A stretch of 63,705 nucleotides of DNA, the filler included, from Bonamia ostreae (Eukaryota), in the NCBI GenBank assembly GCA_040357525.1. It is 49 parts of 49 records of this genome, joined end to end, with 100 filler letters (N's around TTAATTAATTAA, not from the genome) between each part and the next. Parts side by side here need not be neighbours in the genome. Positions count along the whole stretch, not along the records: positions 1 to 1,209 come from JBDODL010002344.1; positions 1,310 to 2,518 come from JBDODL010002345.1; positions 2,619 to 3,827 come from JBDODL010002346.1; positions 3,928 to 5,136 come from JBDODL010002347.1; positions 5,237 to 6,445 come from JBDODL010002348.1; positions 6,546 to 7,754 come from JBDODL010002349.1; positions 7,855 to 9,063 come from JBDODL010002350.1; positions 9,164 to 10,371 come from JBDODL010002351.1; 41 more parts are not named here. One strand, 5' to 3'. The translations under genes were made by a program, and so were the position numbers. Each line of letters begins with the position of its first letter. The stretch's first letter is position 1. Positions 1 through 13,175 of this stretch are shown piece by piece. Under the pieces are notes generated by a model. That model was not told the origin of the DNA. It ran no database searches and saw nothing but the letters and a program-made list of their open reading frames with translations.

Positions 1-1209
1 GACCAGTTCGAGTGATTCAATATTAACTCACACTTAAGAGCGCCCGATGAAAGAAAAACGCATCGTTTTTTTAATATTTGATTTCTTTTTCTAACCTGTA
101 TATATTATTAGCTCCCTGTTCTCAAATTACGCCGTTACAAACTTAACATTTCCATATCATTCAAGAATATAATAAATAATCAGATGTTTAACATGCGTGT
201 CTATCCATTCTGAATTCATTGATGGAATGTTTTTAAAATTCCATATAGTTATTCAATTCTCTCTCAGTCTCTCCAAACATTTAGTAAATTTCTTTCAAGC
301 TTTTTGTTAAGCCATATCTCTTGAAGTATGCAGTCTGCATGCGTGGAATAGGTCCACACACGTTTTATTTATTTTCTAAAGAAATCAGCATTATTCAGAA
401 TGGTAAGAAAAAGCAGAAAAATGGCAGATCTTTACAAAAATGGTAACGTAACTGTGATATGTCGTTTTAGAGGAATTTAGGCAAACATAACTTGAATCGT
501 AATTTGTTAAGACAGATTCCTAAAGCTGCTGGAACACTTTAAAAGCTTAAAAGTTTCAGATTCGGGTGTTGTTGTTTTTTCTGTTCGTTGTTTTCTTTCT
601 TTTTTCTTTTTTGCAATCATGTCTTAAAAACTTTCAAATCTAGGATATCAAAACGCTTTACGATTGAGGATTTGAAATTTCAGTCATAAAAGTTTAAAAC
701 TATTTTAGGATATTGATTGTTGACTCTAGTTGATATTGAATCAAGTGTAACCGAATTCCGCATTACATGTACAAATTTTCAATAAGTGCATTTCAAAGTA
801 CAGACTTGATGTTGTCAATAGGCATCTTTCAAAATACGTAGATATATATTGTTCATAACGAGTCTTAGCTGGAATAGCAATTTCTAACTTTTTTTTATTT
901 AACGAATCATTGATCACTGTTCGTTATCTCTATCTCTCATGCATGTATGTATTGCAGTTTGAAGGTTTTGAATTTCTATATATTGAAAGTGTTTTGAATT
1001 TCGGCATGTTTATACAAATGATTGCAAAAGTTCAGTCTAGCTTGACTTTCATCTTCGATTTGTGCATCTCAATCTCTAAATCCCCGGACATGGTGAAATT
1101 TTTAAATACCTCTTTTTATAAAACATTCAGGCATAAATTTCAAAATCAATTATATTGTATTATTATCACTGTCGAAACTTTACTGCAATGATTATTTTTC
1201 AGAAAAGCA

Positions 1210-1309
1210 NNNNNNNNNNNNNNNNNNNNNNNNNNNNNNNNNNNNNNNNNNNNTTAATTAATTAANNNNNNNNNNNNNNNNNNNNNNNNNNNNNNNNNNN
1301 NNNNNNNNN
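1210..1309. other. Artificial contig linker N44-TTAATTAATTAA-N44 (first of 48, recurring about every 1.3 kb)
   Basis: An identical 100-nt spacer with six-frame stops separates contigs of steadily decreasing length. Confidence 0.99.
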
Positions 1310-2649
1310 ACAAGCAAATAACTAGAAACTAAAATTGCATATTACAGTAATATGTACATAACAATAACTGATTGGTCTAAATCACAAAAGTAACTAACTG
1401 TAAACAACTGCAAAGTGACTAGTTAAACTATAAAAAATACTGTAGTCGTTTATGTTATTTGTTTGCAACAGACTCACACACAATTCATCTTTAATCTAGA
1501 GAACTTACGTTTATACACCAAATCAAGCAGTATCCCGACGAATATACACGCAGTTAGGATGATAAACACTACTGCTATTATCGTCCACAATGTGTCACTA
1601 AAATATATTTGTAACATGTATCAAATATAGATGTCAGAAATTAGTTTCGATATCTAAACACAAAGTTGCGATTTTGTTCCAAAGGAGTCAATATGATAGT
1701 AAATACCTGCTACATGGCGTAGGGATCACTTTATCTTTTTGGAATTGTATCGATGTTGGTTTGGTTTTATTGACTACTTCATAGCATTTTTGATCTACAG
1801 AATTTGAGAACCTTTACAATCCAAGTGAATATATACCTTAGATTAGAGTATGGTATTGCATAATGTTTATTTGTACATCCATAAAAAATGAGGATCATGA
1901 ACTCTCTATCTGTCTATGTATAAGAAATGAATTTCCTGTTTAAAATTATAAGAGTGCAAATGCTTTGTAAACCGCGGTAAAGCTTCTTTACTTGTATATA
2001 TGTATATGTACGCTATAATCACAAATATTCAATGAACATAATATGGGGTATAATTGTACTTTTTTTTTTTTTTTTTACATCACATTCCTATATCAATCCT
2101 CAACAAATACACGTTCAATTCTCATACCTATTGGTGCCCTTCTGAATTATTGGTCTCTGATTAATCTTTGGTATTACATGTACATGTTATCATGGAAAAA
2201 ATACAGGTACAATTTAGTTTTATTTAATGCTGCGATGATACTGACACGGGGCGAACTATGTAGTCCCCGAAACGTTTTATTTTACCATTCTTCTGTTCGC
2301 TCATCTTGCGTTCAGCGAGCCCTCTCTGTGAGTTCACCATTCGATATCCATATGCTACCCGTTCAATTTTGCATTAACTGTTCACAAAGCGCTCGCGTGC
2401 ACGGTGCATCGTTCGCTCACCGCGTGTTCATCATTCGTTCAGCGTTCACTCGTTTGTCTTTGCATTATAATTAGAAATTAAAGAGTGAAAGGATTGATAT
2501 TTACAATTAAAACAAAATNNNNNNNNNNNNNNNNNNNNNNNNNNNNNNNNNNNNNNNNNNNNTTAATTAATTAANNNNNNNNNNNNNNNNNNNNNNNNNN
2601 NNNNNNNNNNNNNNNNNNTTTGTTTGGGGAACATAAATATGAATTAGGT

Positions 2650-3541
2650 CTACTTACGCTCACTTTGGGAAACCAAGATTATTTCGCCTTTTTGATCTTT
2701 GATTATTTTGTGAGCTTTCTGTAATTCCCCGATTGCTTTTCTGCATATTTCTTCCATCTCACGTATGACATTTTTCAAAAGTTCATCTCTTTTGTTGCAA
2801 ACTGTTTGATAAATTTCATCTGCCACTTTGTTTCGCCATGACGATGAATTGATATCCACGGAAGCAAATATTGTATATACGAATGTGAAGGCAGCAATAA
2901 TTATTCGAAAGAGGGGTAAGAAAAATGAAACAATGATTGTTCCTATAACAACAACAACTCCCTTCAAATTTTCTTCGGCTATCGAAATTTTGAGGTTTTC
3001 AATGTTGTGTTGTAAATTTTGCTGAACTTTGAATTGAATATGTTTTAGAAGGCCTTTGCATATTTCTGAACTCAAATCCTGTCCTACACTTTTCAAACTT
3101 TCTTTAACTAACACTTTTTTCAGACGGTTTACTGTTGGTGAGAAATGGCTTATGTAGCTCGGGCTTCCTACTTTACCAACAGTTTCTCTCTCACTTTTGA
3201 TCACAGTTTCTCTACATATGTCTCTGATGTTTTCTTTTGCTAAAGACTTCCAAGCAGCATCATGGACAATGGAAGAAATGTCATTCACAGGAACAGCCTC
3301 TGTGATACATCTTAGTTTTTCAGTAAAAGACGAAATCGCATGAACTGCACACACTTTAGCTACTTCTTCGTAATCCTCACATGTATGCTGTAGACAAATG
3401 TTGTCCGAATCTATTTGAAATTGGACTTCTTTGTACACTGCCCACTTGGCATCAGCAACATATATGGAATCACTGTCTATTAGGAACGCCCTAGGGAAGG
3501 TTTTTCGCGGTGATAAAAATTCATGCCTTCGTAAGGAATCC
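2650..3541 (-). CDS. Large coding exon of an uncharacterised animal (host) protein with a hydrophobic segment and coiled coil
   Basis: 262-aa ORF that extends upstream to a TATAG acceptor near 3541. Host-like flanking sequence. Family not recognised. Confidence 0.5.
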
Positions 3542-5236
3542 TATAAAAGTTAAAATAATTATAAATTTTTCACACTCAGACGCCAATCCCCCTCCTATCC
3601 CCCTATTTCTATATGTATATATTGTCAAACCTCATTATCTCGAACTCGATATGACTGAGGAAAGGTTCCAATATAACCGATGATTTGAGATATCTCGAGG
3701 GTAAAACACTTAAAAAATAACTGTTTGGGATTTTCGAAACACTTCGACATAACCGTGGTGTGAAGGAGATATCGACCTTCGACACACTGACATTTAACTA
3801 TATATATTGTAACCCTAACCTATCTATNNNNNNNNNNNNNNNNNNNNNNNNNNNNNNNNNNNNNNNNNNNNTTAATTAATTAANNNNNNNNNNNNNNNNN
3901 NNNNNNNNNNNNNNNNNNNNNNNNNNNCGCTTGCAAATCAATTTCAAGAATATCAATTTGAAGTTTTTCGACGCAAAACTTCATCGAACTTAATGTATTT
4001 TCAGGCCCGCAGTCAGTGCCCCCGCGGTGAGCACACAAATAACCTTTTTCTCTTTCTTTTTTGTTACATAAATAGAAGAACTATCAATGAAAATGGGCAA
4101 ATCCAAAGCACTTGTTTCATTTGATTGCGCTCTCTTTTTAATTTTGGCACTAAATCGGAAAAGGAAGTAGATTAATGCCGAGAAAAGAAGTACTTGATAA
4201 ATCTGGTTAAAAATAGTGTACATTTATTCTACAACGATTATAAAGTTTATATGCGATCTGTTAAGTTTTTATTGTAAGCTTATAGTTTAAACTTTTCGGT
4301 GCTTTTTTTGGATGAACAACTTGATAATTGGATGAACAGAGAAGTTTGGACAAATTAAAATCTCATTTGTAAATAATTGCAAAACAAATTTTTTAAATAT
4401 AAATAATTTGTTCATATTATATTCGGTAAAATCTGAGTTACGGATGAACAAACGACTCTTCATTAATGGCAATTTTTATAGGGATGTCAAAATGATTGTT
4501 ATTTTTGTACATCAGCGAAATTTCCTCACCATATTTTTTGTTAACGATAGCATGCACGCCTTTGTATTATAAAAAAAACTAAAATCATTCTTCGATATTT
4601 TGATAGTACTCTTAAAAACATGCAAGATTGCTGAAATTTCTAAATGATTTATTTTATTTTTTAATTCTCCGACAATATTCTTTAAATTTTTCAATAATAC
4701 TTTTTGTTGTTGTATTCTCTCGTTTTCTTATTTATGTTCTTTTTATATTTAAAACTATTTTATTAACGAATAAAACAGATTCTTTGAATTAAATAACGAC
4801 GAGCTTTCGTTATTTTTCGAAACAATTCTTTCTTCGTTAATTTTGAAACTGTAATTTCAATTTCTTCGCTTAAAGGGTTTAATTTTTATAAACTTATTCA
4901 ATGGATACATTCGTTCGATGCACTTTAGTAAGTCTTGAAACACATTGTGAGAATTCTTTTTAAATTGTACTTCAGCCAATCATTCAATATTCTTCTTTTC
5001 TAAATGGGTTAAAAATTGTTTTTGGAAATGGTTAAACTACAAAAGGTTGTTGTTGTTTTGAAAAGGGGTAAAACTCTTTGCGACTGACTTAAAATAATGT
5101 TAAACTAAAGAACACAAAAAAATGTATATACAATATNNNNNNNNNNNNNNNNNNNNNNNNNNNNNNNNNNNNNNNNNNNNTTAATTAATTAANNNNNNNN
5201 NNNNNNNNNNNNNNNNNNNNNNNNNNNNNNNNNNNN

Positions 5237-6095
5237 ATTCGACAATCAAAAATTTACATAATTTAATATTTCTTTCAACCAATAATCTCTTCGATCTTAT
5301 CTCTGTTTTGGCTTTTTTGGACAATCCTTTTTTATAACCGAAAATCGGTTCTGTCGCCATTTTGACTTTTTGCAGCGCTTTTATCTTCGCAAAACGTTTT
5401 TTATCCCTTTTTAAACCGTTTTTCAATCTAAAAATCTTCGCCCTCGTCACATCGTCCTTCTCAACCGGCAACAAAACGCCATTAAAATTTCTTATCTTCT
5501 CTTTTACAGAATTTTTGTTAAATCTTTTCCTCAACTTTCGCGCCAAATCGTAGTCATTTTTTCTGTTCATTCTGTTCGAAAAAATTTTTGCAATTTCTTT
5601 TTTTTTATCGGCGGTCGCCATTTTCTGCTCAGTGTCCCTTTCCAACGCGAACATTTTGTCTTTGTCTCTTTTTTCCATCAATTCTGGATCGACCGGTTTC
5701 AAAACTTTGGCTGCTTCGGCGGAATACTTTTCTATGCGGATCCGTCCTCCCTTTGTGATTTCGTACGCCCTGTTTTTCGGGTCTGTTTTGATGATGATCT
5801 TGTTGCCGCACTGGTGGCAACACATGTCGAACTCCCACAATTGCGTTGAGAAGTAGAATCCGACCGCCATTTTGCGCGCGTTGTAGCGAGTTCCGGCGCC
5901 GATGTGATGTTCTTCCACGTTGCGTTTTTTGCCATCGCAGACAATGTTGAAGGGCATTTCGAAGCGGACCATGTGCTTCTGTTCGTATTGGTTTCTTCCG
6001 CGCGATTTCTGGAATTTGTTTCTTGAGGACTTTTTGGGGTCCCAGTCCGGTGGATGGTAGAAATTGTCTGCTCGTGCAGCTGCCAAACTAGACAT
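5237..6095 (-). CDS. YJU2B: CWC16/YJU2B (CCDC130) splicing factor, 3'-truncated (protist)
   Basis: MSSLAAARADNFYHPPDWDP, VRFEMPFNIVC, IGAGTRYNARK, CHQC and IKTDPKNRAY match the CWC16 family signature. Confidence 0.92.
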
Positions 6096-6545
6096 TTCTT
6101 AAGCTTTAAAGTCTGTTTTTATATTGGATTTGATTAACCGATTTTTTACGTTTGTTTTTTTCAGTTTGTTTTAACGGATTTTTAATTTTATGGCTTTATT
6201 TTCGTCTTTTTTGATCATCTTTTTTGCTTCGATAATAAATTTTGAGCTAATTTTTCTTTTGCGAAATTATTTTATTTATCAATTTGGTTTCTTTGAAAGA
6301 ATAAAATATTGTTTGAAAAAATAATATTATTATTTTAAAAAATAAGAATATTATTTGAAAACAGAATAATATTATTTGAAAACATAAAATATTTTTTGAA
6401 AAAAGAATATTATTATTTGAAAACAAAAAATATAGTTTGAAAAAANNNNNNNNNNNNNNNNNNNNNNNNNNNNNNNNNNNNNNNNNNNNTTAATTAATTA
6501 ANNNNNNNNNNNNNNNNNNNNNNNNNNNNNNNNNNNNNNNNNNNN

Positions 6546-6840
6546 TTATAATTATTTGTTTCGAAACTTTTTTTTTTGAACAAAAATCGAAAAAATAGTT
6601 TTTATGTTTAACTTTTTTTATCAAAATTTTATAATTTTTTGTTTTGGAAACGTTTTTTTATATTTTTTTTGAACAAAAATCGAAAAAATAGTTTTTATGT
6701 TTAACTTTTTTTTGAACAAAATTTTATAATTTTTTGTTTTAAAAACGTTTTTTTATAATTTTTTTTTGAACAAAAATCGAAAAAATAGTTTTTTTGTTTA
6801 ACTTTTTTTTGAACAAAATTTTATAATTTTTGTTTTAAAT
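6546..6840. repeat. AT-rich minisatellite (about 95-bp unit, 3 copies) at contig start
   Basis: GAACAAAAATCGAAAAAATAGTTTTT recurs three times. Confidence 0.85.
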
Positions 6841-6945
6841 CTAAAAAAAATCGATAAAAAATAGAAAAATAGTCTTGAAGCACAGACACCAAAAATAATC
6901 GACCCAAAAAATGTAGACGCGAAAAACTTCGGTTCGAAAGGAGAA

Positions 6946-7683
6946 TTGTTAAGCGGGTTCTTCAAATCTCGCTTCAAAACAAAAACAGAAACCGAATTTA
7001 TTGATAACAAAAAATCCGAAAATCAACAAAACGAAAACAAATTTTTCAACTTACAACAAAAAGAAATAAATTTTAAAAAGTCCGAGACTCGTCCAATTGC
7101 GAAAAAAGAAGGATTTCAACCTTGGAACTGCTCTTGCGGCGCCAGAAACGGTTACAAAAACACTTTTTGCGGCAGCTGCCGCAAACAAAACAAACAGATA
7201 AAATCGCTGCGCTTGCGCTGCGGCCACGTAGCCCATTTCGACCGCAGAAAAGGAGCCGGAACGGTTTTGCTCGACAATCGCAACACAAAATCCGAAAAAG
7301 GGCTTAAAAACCCGAAAAAAGAAATTGAGAAAAGTTTTGTTCTGCGCCGTCACGCGATTTGGACGGCCGATTTGGCGGTGTTTCCGGGCGAAGAGATTTA
7401 TTTCCGCGCGGGCGCGGACGGCGAAGTGGAGGCGTTGACGTCGGCTGTGCGAGCGCGGCGGATGATGTTGGGCGACTGCGTGAAGTTGGTGCCGGCGGTC
7501 AACGCGGGGTGGATACGAATAATGAAAGGTGGGCGGCGCAAGAGCGACATCTTTTTCCAGTTGTCGGATTACGAGTCGGGGCAGAAGGTCGAAGTAGGGA
7601 TGCCGTTGCGCTTCGAAATCGATTTGGCGGTGTCGCAGCCGAGGGCCTTTAGAGTGAAGCCGCTTTTGGAGCGGATTGAGGAA
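6946..7683 (+). CDS. RanBP2-type zinc finger plus cold-shock/OB-domain RNA-binding protein exon (protist)
   Basis: WNCSCGARNxxxxxFCGSC zinc finger, then CSD-like GWI...DIFFQLSD...VEVGMPLRFEI...PRAFRV. Ends at a probable GTTC donor. Confidence 0.6.
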
Positions 7684-8204
7684 GTTCAAATTTTTTTGTC
7701 GATTTTTTGCCAATTTTATTTTTTTTATTTTTTTTGTCGATTTAACTTTATTTTNNNNNNNNNNNNNNNNNNNNNNNNNNNNNNNNNNNNNNNNNNNNTT
7801 AATTAATTAANNNNNNNNNNNNNNNNNNNNNNNNNNNNNNNNNNNNNNNNNNNNGATAAGCCATCATCGATTCTTATAATAATTTCCCTCAATCGTATGT
7901 TCAGTTCCGAAACCAAGGCGCATTTCTGCTCCGATAGATAAGTTGATGCTAAAGGGCATGAACAATCTTCCTCAAAATCAGCATTTCGCATTGTCGTTAT
8001 AATTGCAAATACAACTTGTCATGGGGTTGAACGTTACCTTCTCTGTACCTGATCAAGACAGTGGACTTACTGTGGAAGATTTAGCTTTGCAGGCCGTGAG
8101 TGTCGGAAGTATGTATCCATCTATAGTGAATGTATATATAATTATGTTATAGAGTGTTTGAGTGTTGTTGTTTTGTGTCGTCGGGTCATTAATATATATT
8201 TCAT

Positions 8205-8765
8205 TAGTTATACCAGCACATTAGAATGTTCGGGTAAATTGTTAGTACCCTGCTCCATCCGTCCGTCTGCCATACTTTTTCAACCTAAAACTTTTATTAT
8301 AAGCAACCAATTAATCCTTTAGAAAATGATAGATGGTGCTCTGTAGATGTGCAATAAAGTTTCGAAATGTAGAATTGTACAATTTTACCCTGGGGTCATA
8401 CTGGAGTCAAACAACGATAGATTCCAGAACTTATCATACATTTTATGCAAAAACCAAATCATAATTTGAAAGCTGATTCGTGGTGTCCTGTAGATGTGCA
8501 ATGGGGTTATGGAATTTTTATTTCCACCCTTGAACCCAAATGTTGGTCGAAAAACGACATATTTGTCAAACAAAAAATTCCCTGCTTCCCAAAACCCCTC
8601 TTACAATTTTCGGAGTAGCCTAACCATCTTTTGGACATAATGGGTGGTGTCTTATTGTTGTGCAATAAGGTTTCAAAATGATCATTTTTACCTTGGGGGC
8701 CAAATGGATGTTGAAAAACGACGTTTTACAATAGATAACCCTGGTTCTTCCTCTTACATTTTATG
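8205..8765. mobile_element. Probable non-autonomous Helentron/HINE-like host element with internal tandem repeats
   Basis: TCCATCCGTCCGTCTG microsatellite followed by about 150-bp degenerate repeats (GGTG..TGTAGATGTGCAAT), an architecture typical of bivalve HINEs. Confidence 0.5.
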
Positions 8766-9263
8766 CAGTAATCAAATAATTCTTCGACAGTTGTTTGTTT
8801 GTGTTCATACAACGAAATAGCAAAACATATACAGATGCTTTTTTCTTTAAAAGAAAAAAAAAGGACAGTTTGGTTCCAATAGCGAAATCATGTTTTGAAA
8901 GATGTTTAGAGGTGTCTTGAAGATGTGCATGAAAACGAAGTTTTTTAAAAAAAGAAATGAAACCCAAACAAACAACAAAAAAGAAAGAAAAGAGCCATGG
9001 TTCACACAGTATCCAAATAATCTTTTAGATGATTGTTGGTGTCCTATAAAGATTTTTATGTATNNNNNNNNNNNNNNNNNNNNNNNNNNNNNNNNNNNNN
9101 NNNNNNNTTAATTAATTAANNNNNNNNNNNNNNNNNNNNNNNNNNNNNNNNNNNNNNNNNNNNATAATATTATATACAGTATAGATACACTGCATATATA
9201 ATTATATTTATTTTCGGATTTCCCACCTGGTTCCTCTGTCGTGACTCCTGAATATATATTTTT

Positions 9264-9344
9264 TTTTGTCGTTTTCCCGGTGACGTTTTGTTAACTCACA
9301 TGTGACATGTGAGTTAACAAAAAGTCACCGGGAAAACGACAAAA
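9264..9344. repeat. Near-perfect palindrome: 40-bp arms, 1-nt centre, one mismatch
   Basis: TTTTGTCGTTTTCCCGGTGACGTTTTGTTAACTCACATGT-G-ACATGTGAGTTAACAAAAAGTCACCGGGAAAACGACAAAA. Confidence 0.95.
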
Positions 9345-10515
9345 CATATTTCTATTGACTTCTGGAACATTGTAAACTTTGAAGTCATTTTACCTCATCC
9401 TATCCATGTTATTGACGGAAGAAATACAGCCTGCGTCAAACTGAACTTTACTAATGACATGTCTGTATTCATAAACATATATAGTTACAGTCTATCTGCT
9501 TCGTTTATCACTGGGTGATGAGCAATGACAGCTAGCCCCATTCTCTTCATTTATGCCATTTGGGTTTGGACATTTGTGTATGCATCAACGAAACAAGGAG
9601 CTTCAACAATGTCAAACTGCTTAATATGCGGGGGAGACTTTAATTACTTATTAAGTCCATTGCGAATCAATTCAAATTACGTGCCTCTGTATCTGCCACC
9701 GTTAGGTTTTCTCACATCGACCTATAACATTACAGAACGTTTCAAACAATGGGTCCTGCTGTTTTTCGATGTGTCTACAAAACGTCTGCTACTACCAACC
9801 GCCATTTTGAATGCAATATAAACAAATCAAGGGCAGAAACTCTTGACATGACTATGAAGGGAATATTCAGTTATCATGTGACTGTGGTTTACCAATAATT
9901 TTCCTACAAAAAAGCAGGAGTTAATATATACTATTTTGTCGTTATTTACTAGCGGTATGAAGTTATAAGATGTATACAAATCTGGTTTTTTTAATTCTTG
10001 TCAAATGAATATCTATTATTTCCATATCATATATATCGTTTTAGGTCGCCCCCGTCACTCAGGTCATCTATTGGGGTTGGATCTCATACATTTACCAGGG
10101 GTAATAAAAACTCCTGCATCCCTTCACTTTAAAGGAGTATGACACCTTCCAAAATTTGACCACTGTTCAAAAATCGTCTTCTCTACAACTTCAAATTTAT
10201 AAGATAATTTAAATACACACTTAGGTAGAGGGGGGAGATATCTACCAAAACCATATCCACGATCCCCAGTTTTGAGGTTCTGAATTCAGGGCGGGTCAGC
10301 CTTCGACCGGAAGTCTGATTATTATCAACCCATTTTTAAACTTTTTGTAGATCTTCCCAAGGAAACTTAAANNNNNNNNNNNNNNNNNNNNNNNNNNNNN
10401 NNNNNNNNNNNNNNNTTAATTAATTAANNNNNNNNNNNNNNNNNNNNNNNNNNNNNNNNNNNNNNNNNNNNATTTAACGGTTTCAAAAATTTGATAAATT
10501 TACAAAACTTGAAAG

Positions 10516-11630
10516 GTCTTAGTTATCGGCGGCGGGGTAGCCGGACTTGTCTCAATCGTCACCGCGAAAAACATGGGCGCCATCGTCCGAGGCTTCGACA
10601 CAAGAGCCGCTGCGCGGGAACAAATAGAGTCCCTCGGAGGAAAATTTTTGACCGTGAACATTGAAGAAAGCGGCGAGGGCGCCGGCGGCTACGGCAAATC
10701 AATGTCTGCCGCTTTCCTCGCGGCAGAGCACGACCTTTTCAGAAAACAGGCCAAAGAAGTCGATGTCATCATCTCCACGGCCCTTATTCCCGGAAAAGCC
10801 GCGCCGAAGCTTATCCTCGAAGACATGGTCGCTTCCATGAAACCCGGCTCCGTCATTGTTGATCTGGCCGCCGAAGTTTTGTCTCAAACTAAAGCTTGTT
10901 TTGCTTTTTATATATTCTAAATGTCTAATCAATCAGGCCGGCGGAAACTGCGAACTGACGCAACCAGGGAAAACGATCAGAAAACATGGCGTCACAATAA
11001 TCGGGAAAACGGACTTTCCCAGTAAAATGGCGGGCCAGTCCTCGACCTTTTACTCCAACAACATCGCCGGTCTGTTCCTGCACATGACTTCCGGAGACGC
11101 TTTTGCCCCGGACATGGCCGACACGATAACGCGCGGCGCCGCCGTTCTGGAAAACGGCGTTTTGTGCTGGCCGGCTCCGCCACCGAAAATGCCACCGCCG
11201 CCGAAACCGGCCGCGAAACCGAAAAGTTTGTCCGCTGAAAAGCCGGACTTGTTTCTGGCCACGCGGAGCAAAGCGCTTTTCAGCGCCGGCGCGATGGGCG
11301 CGCTGTTGCTCGGCGGATTCGCGGGGAGTTCGTTGGGCGGCACTCTGTCGACGTTCGCGTTGGCGTGTTATCTGGGCAATCAAGTCGTGTGGGGCGTTAC
11401 GCCTGCTTTGCACACGCCGTTGATGTCGGTCACTAACGCCATTTCGGTTTTAAATTGCCAAAAATTTTAACGCGTTTCTATAAACTGTCTGCAAAAAGGG
11501 GATAACGGCTGTTGGAGGATTGGTGTTGGTGGGAGGTGGGTATTTGCCAGGGACGCTTCCGCAGGTGTTTGCCTCTGCCGCTGTACTTCTCTCCGCTATT
11601 AACATTTTTGGTGGATTTCGAGTTACAGAA
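10516..11630 (+). CDS. NNT: Mitochondrial NAD(P) transhydrogenase, partial; introns 10876-10936 and 11447-11498
   Basis: [38 protein letters not shown] and [20 protein letters not shown] are restored by removing GT-AG introns. Confidence 0.95.
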
Positions 11631-13175
11631 GTTTTTGTTTAAAAATCGATTTTTATTGTTGCGATTTTTAAAAAAGTTANNNNNNNNNNNNNNNNNNNNN
11701 NNNNNNNNNNNNNNNNNNNNNNNTTAATTAATTAANNNNNNNNNNNNNNNNNNNNNNNNNNNNNNNNNNNNNNNNNNNNTCGTCATTCGGGCAACCTAGT
11801 TACTCATCTCAGGTTGCCCGGAATGAATTTCGGGTCGCCCAAACAAAAATGTCAACAAAGAATTTAAAATGTACTTTCAGTTTCATACAGCATGTATAGT
11901 AGGCCATTTCTCTTTTCACTTGCATCATTTTCAGAAAAGAATACTTAAATTAGGAAGGTACACCTGTTACATGAATAAACTTTTCCAAGTTCATATTTTG
12001 TTTGATTAATTGGATTCAATAACAGAAAACCTTGAAATGTTTTGTCATTGCGATTTTTCTTGTTTTTTTTGATGGAGTAAATTGGGAATGACGTTGACAC
12101 TCGACAAGAGACAACACCTGCAACGTAACAATATTCCATCCTCATCTGGAAATAGCAAAGGACGTTCTTATGTTCAAGAGGTCCTGAAAGACCTCACTTT
12201 TCAATTTTCTTTGTAAATTCTTATAGCTTTTGGCAGAAACTCTGAAACGCCAAATAATTTTGTAACCGGAGGTAAATGCTCTCGTATAGTGAAAAGTAAA
12301 CCTTACATTTCTAGAATATTGAAAGATGACTTCCGTTACCATGCTTGTTACAAAATTCTTATGAAATTACGTATTTCATACACATTTTTGATGGATCTTC
12401 ATTTTACATAAATTTCAAGTTTTAAATATATACAAAGTCTATCATAATGACAACCCCAACTCGTCATCAGGTCGCCATCTGCATCAATAATCAGGTCGTC
12501 CAAAATAACCATAGGGCGAAATGACAAGGTGATGAGCGTGAATGTCGAGCCGGCTGCTTTAATGTGGTTAATAGCAAATACTTGAATTGACCAGTACTTT
12601 CTAAAAACAGATTTTTCTTCACATTTTGACAATCTCTTTTATAAAATAGTGTAATAAATGTATCCATTGTAGAATATCTACATTCCATATGTATTTTGCT
12701 TATCAAATATGTGGAAAGCTTTGGCATTCAAAACACCATAACACAAACATGGGGTCAAAAGGTGAAGTTATGATTTTGACATCACAAACATTGAACGCCG
12801 TGAAAGTGCTACGTCATAATCGAAAATCAAAAATCACTCTCAAATTGACGAGGTTAACGGTAGAGGTTGGAATGACTCTTCCATTAATTGTAACTTACCC
12901 GATGGATAATTTAGGTATTTTGAAATATAAATCACATTCGCAGACAAGGCAGTGAGTTTAAAAATGAAAGTATAAGCATTGAATTATNNNNNNNNNNNNN
13001 NNNNNNNNNNNNNNNNNNNNNNNNNNNNNNNTTAATTAATTAANNNNNNNNNNNNNNNNNNNNNNNNNNNNNNNNNNNNNNNNNNNNATAAACAAAACAA
13101 CTGTTATAAATTGGTCTTAATCATAGTATTTCATTTTTATAATTTTACATGCTGTATATATTTATTCTTTTTTAG

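Noticed and set aside
1254-1265. Regularly spaced TTAATTAATTAA as a repeat or CRISPR-like array
   Set aside because: It is a synthetic linker flanked by N runs. ORFs ending in X...LIN or X...N are artefacts of it.
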